Below are positions 63,915-64,000 of a stretch of 64,000 bases of DNA, in pieces. The position numbers and the translations under genes are program-made. Numbering within the stretch: the first letter of the stretch is position 1; each line of letters begins with the position of its first letter. The notes beneath the pieces are model-generated. The model was not told the DNA's origin and ran no database searches. It saw only the letters and a program-made list of their open reading frames with translations. This DNA comes from a virus. Lineage: Duplodnaviria; Caudoviricetes. The stretch is taken from the IMG/VR virus record IMGVR_UViG_638276471_000001, positions 3,189 through 67,188 of that record. One strand, given 5' to 3'.

Positions 63915-64000
63915 TCGACAAATAGGGCCTTCGCCCTATCCGGTTTTCGGGGACCCCTGGTACCGCCCCCGGTGTCCGGCTCCACGACGAAAATACCGCC

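Noticed and set aside
63900-64000. GGCGGCATT...AATACCGCC long-range pairing at copy 9
   Set aside because: Truncated by the window end and has a long loop; cannot be supported without further sequence

Overview
GC-rich siphoviral actinobacteriophage genome segment. Gene order and content point to a cluster B2 (Rosebush-like) mycobacteriophage; this is inferred, not database-checked. The window opens inside a 7-deazaguanine synthesis cluster (queE, folE). A rightward virion block follows (terminase, RuvC, portal, MuF-protease, two capsid proteins, tail tube, tape measure, minor tails; about 1.1-36.2 kb), then lysin A and holin with no lysin B. A leftward replication block (nuclease, helicase, primase-helicase, PolA) precedes a divergent control region at about 51.3-51.65 kb and a right arm of small, mostly leftward genes. 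No integrase, tRNA, rRNA or CRISPR array was seen. Three signals stand out. (1) A dispersed ~70-bp expression cassette (GAGACA-N17-TA(A/T)TGT promoter on an imperfect palindrome, conserved 5' leader hairpin, RBS, sometimes the first five codons) has 9 full and 4 partial copies and drives 1-few-gene modules, two of them inserted antisense in the virion operon. (2) The tail assembly chaperone is duplicated, and its displaced second copy carries a likely -1 frameshift. (3) A perfect-consensus SigA promoter sits within (CG)n tracts and nested inverted repeats, a candidate replication origin. All product calls come from motif recognition by eye.
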